A DNA stretch of 63,391 nt, the filler included, from Octopus bimaculoides (lineage: Eukaryota), in the NCBI RefSeq assembly GCF_001194135.2. It is 6 parts of 4 records of this genome, joined end to end, with 100 filler letters (N's around TTAATTAATTAA, not from the genome) between each part and the next. Parts side by side here need not be neighbours in the genome. Positions count along the whole stretch, not along the records: positions 61,953 to 63,391 come from NC_068985.1; 5 more parts are not named here. The stretch is one strand, 5' to 3'. Position numbers and translations under genes: made by a program. Under the pieces are notes generated by a model. That model had not been told where the DNA came from. It did no database searches and saw nothing but the letters and a program-made list of their open reading frames with translations. Of the stretch, positions 63,243 through 63,391 are shown one piece after another. Every line of letters begins with the position of its first letter. Within the stretch, counting starts at the first letter, position 1.

Positions 63243-63391
63243 TATACACATAACTTTTCACGTCTGGCCGCATAGCCTTTTCCGTTTGTTTTCCTGTCTT
63301 GTTTTTTGTCCGCCACTACATTCCTCCATGGCACAGGTTTAATTTGTGTATACAAATTTAATTTGCGGTCCATGGGAAGAGCCGTTTTAAC

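Noticed and set aside
1-63391. CRISPR arrays, rRNA genes or prokaryotic operons
   Set aside because: No regularly spaced direct repeats with unique spacers and no rRNA-like sequence; the window is eukaryotic repeat-rich DNA.

Overview
AT-rich eukaryotic draft-assembly window, most likely octopus (inferred from the SINE families, dense TA/TATG/TATC microsatellites and repeat content). It has many N gaps. The one clear protein-coding gene is a single-coding-exon heparan sulfate 3-O-sulfotransferase (HS3ST1/5-like, +, about 5806-6816). A probable terminal coding exon of an unidentified minus-strand gene lies at 23788-23916. Most of the rest is mobile DNA: at least four tRNA-headed SINE families; fragments of CRE, RTE, R4/Dong and CR1-like LINEs; Penelope-like elements (PLEs, GIY-YIG); Academ, Tigger, hAT and Helitron remnants. 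The main signal beyond that inventory is a recurring class of fold-back (inverted-repeat) PLE-derived structures carrying minimal type I hammerhead-ribozyme motifs, roughly a dozen intact or decayed cores found by eye. One of them is a 186-bp inverted-repeat element with a tRNA-like Pol III head joined to a hammerhead-bearing PLE tail, a candidate PLE-mobilised SINE/retrozyme hybrid. All alignments, identities and folds were done by eye and need computational confirmation.
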